A DNA stretch of 63,148 nt, the filler included, from Octopus bimaculoides (Eukaryota), in the NCBI RefSeq assembly GCF_001194135.2. It is 7 parts of 7 records of this genome, joined end to end, with 100 filler letters (N's around TTAATTAATTAA, not from the genome) between each part and the next. Parts side by side here need not be neighbours in the genome. Positions count along the whole stretch, not along the records: positions 61,309 to 63,148 come from NW_026304018.1; 6 more parts are not named here. One strand, written 5' to 3'. Positions 62,459 to 63,148 of this stretch are shown piece after piece (position 1 is the first letter of the stretch; each line of letters begins with the position of its first letter). A program made the translations under genes and the position numbers. The notes below the pieces were generated by a model. The model made no database searches, was not told the origin of the DNA, and saw only the letters and a program-made list of their open reading frames with translations.

Positions 62459-63148
62459 CGTGCGGTGGCGTCATCTGGTTTAACGACAAGAATATACTTT
62501 CTTCATTAAACATTACTTATAATTATTTCTATTTATGTAATCACCATTCAAACTCTTTATGAATAGAAACTTAATTACTTATAAACATTTTAAATGATAT
62601 AATTGTAAATAAAATATATTTATATAATGCTGATGTAATTACTGGCTTTCAATAACACCACGGAATTGAAGAAACGCACATTAAAGCATATAATAGAATC
62701 ACAAGAGCATTAAAGCATATAATAGAATCACAATAAAATGGAATGAGTTCATTTACGACCGAGAATAATGAAATTATACGCTAGTTATACACGTACACAT
62801 GGAATCTCTGAGGAAGAAACGACATGTCCGTAGCACTTAATGGTTTGAGAATCACTTTGTGTTACCTTTAACTCTGTTTTCTTTGGCATATGTTTGTCAT
62901 TTACTTGTCTTAGTCATCGGTCTGTCGCTCTGCTGGATCACGACTCTGAAAAGATTTGTCAAACAAATAGTCCTCAGTGCTTATTTTTCAATGTAGTACT
63001 TATTATTTCAGCCTTCTTTGCTGAACTACTTTGTTACGGGGACATAAAGAAACAAATGTCGGTTATCAGATGTGTGAGGGACAAACATAAACAGAAAGGT
63101 ACACACACACACTAACACTAACACACACACACACACACACAAACACAC

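Noticed and set aside
62679-62733. 26-bp direct repeat with 29-nt period
   Set aside because: A simple local tandem duplication with only two copies.

Overview
AT-rich eukaryotic genomic DNA from a draft assembly. The repeat families and microsatellite load suggest a coleoid cephalopod, probably Octopus (inference from recalled repeat sequences). Six artificial 100-bp spacers (44 N + TTAATTAATTAA + 44 N) cut the window into seven joined segments. The largest segment (8701-37257) holds 15 phase-checked minus-strand exons of the ribosome-biogenesis gene RRP5/PDCD11 (tandem S1 domains). The gene includes a U12-type minor intron, and two S1 repeats present in vertebrate RRP5 appear to be absent. 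The rest is transposon-derived or simple repeat: several tRNA-derived SINE families; R4/Dong, RTE, CR1, HERO-like and Penelope retroelement fragments; and mariner, Chapaev3-like, hAT/Buster, Tigger and piggyBac-type DNA elements. The most novel signal is three distinct families of minimal type I hammerhead-ribozyme motifs. One of them forms the 3' module of a tRNA-headed SINE, a candidate Pol III SINE carrying a Penelope-type ribozyme. Most ORFs in the supplied track are microsatellite or gap artefacts. No prokaryotic features or CRISPR arrays are present.
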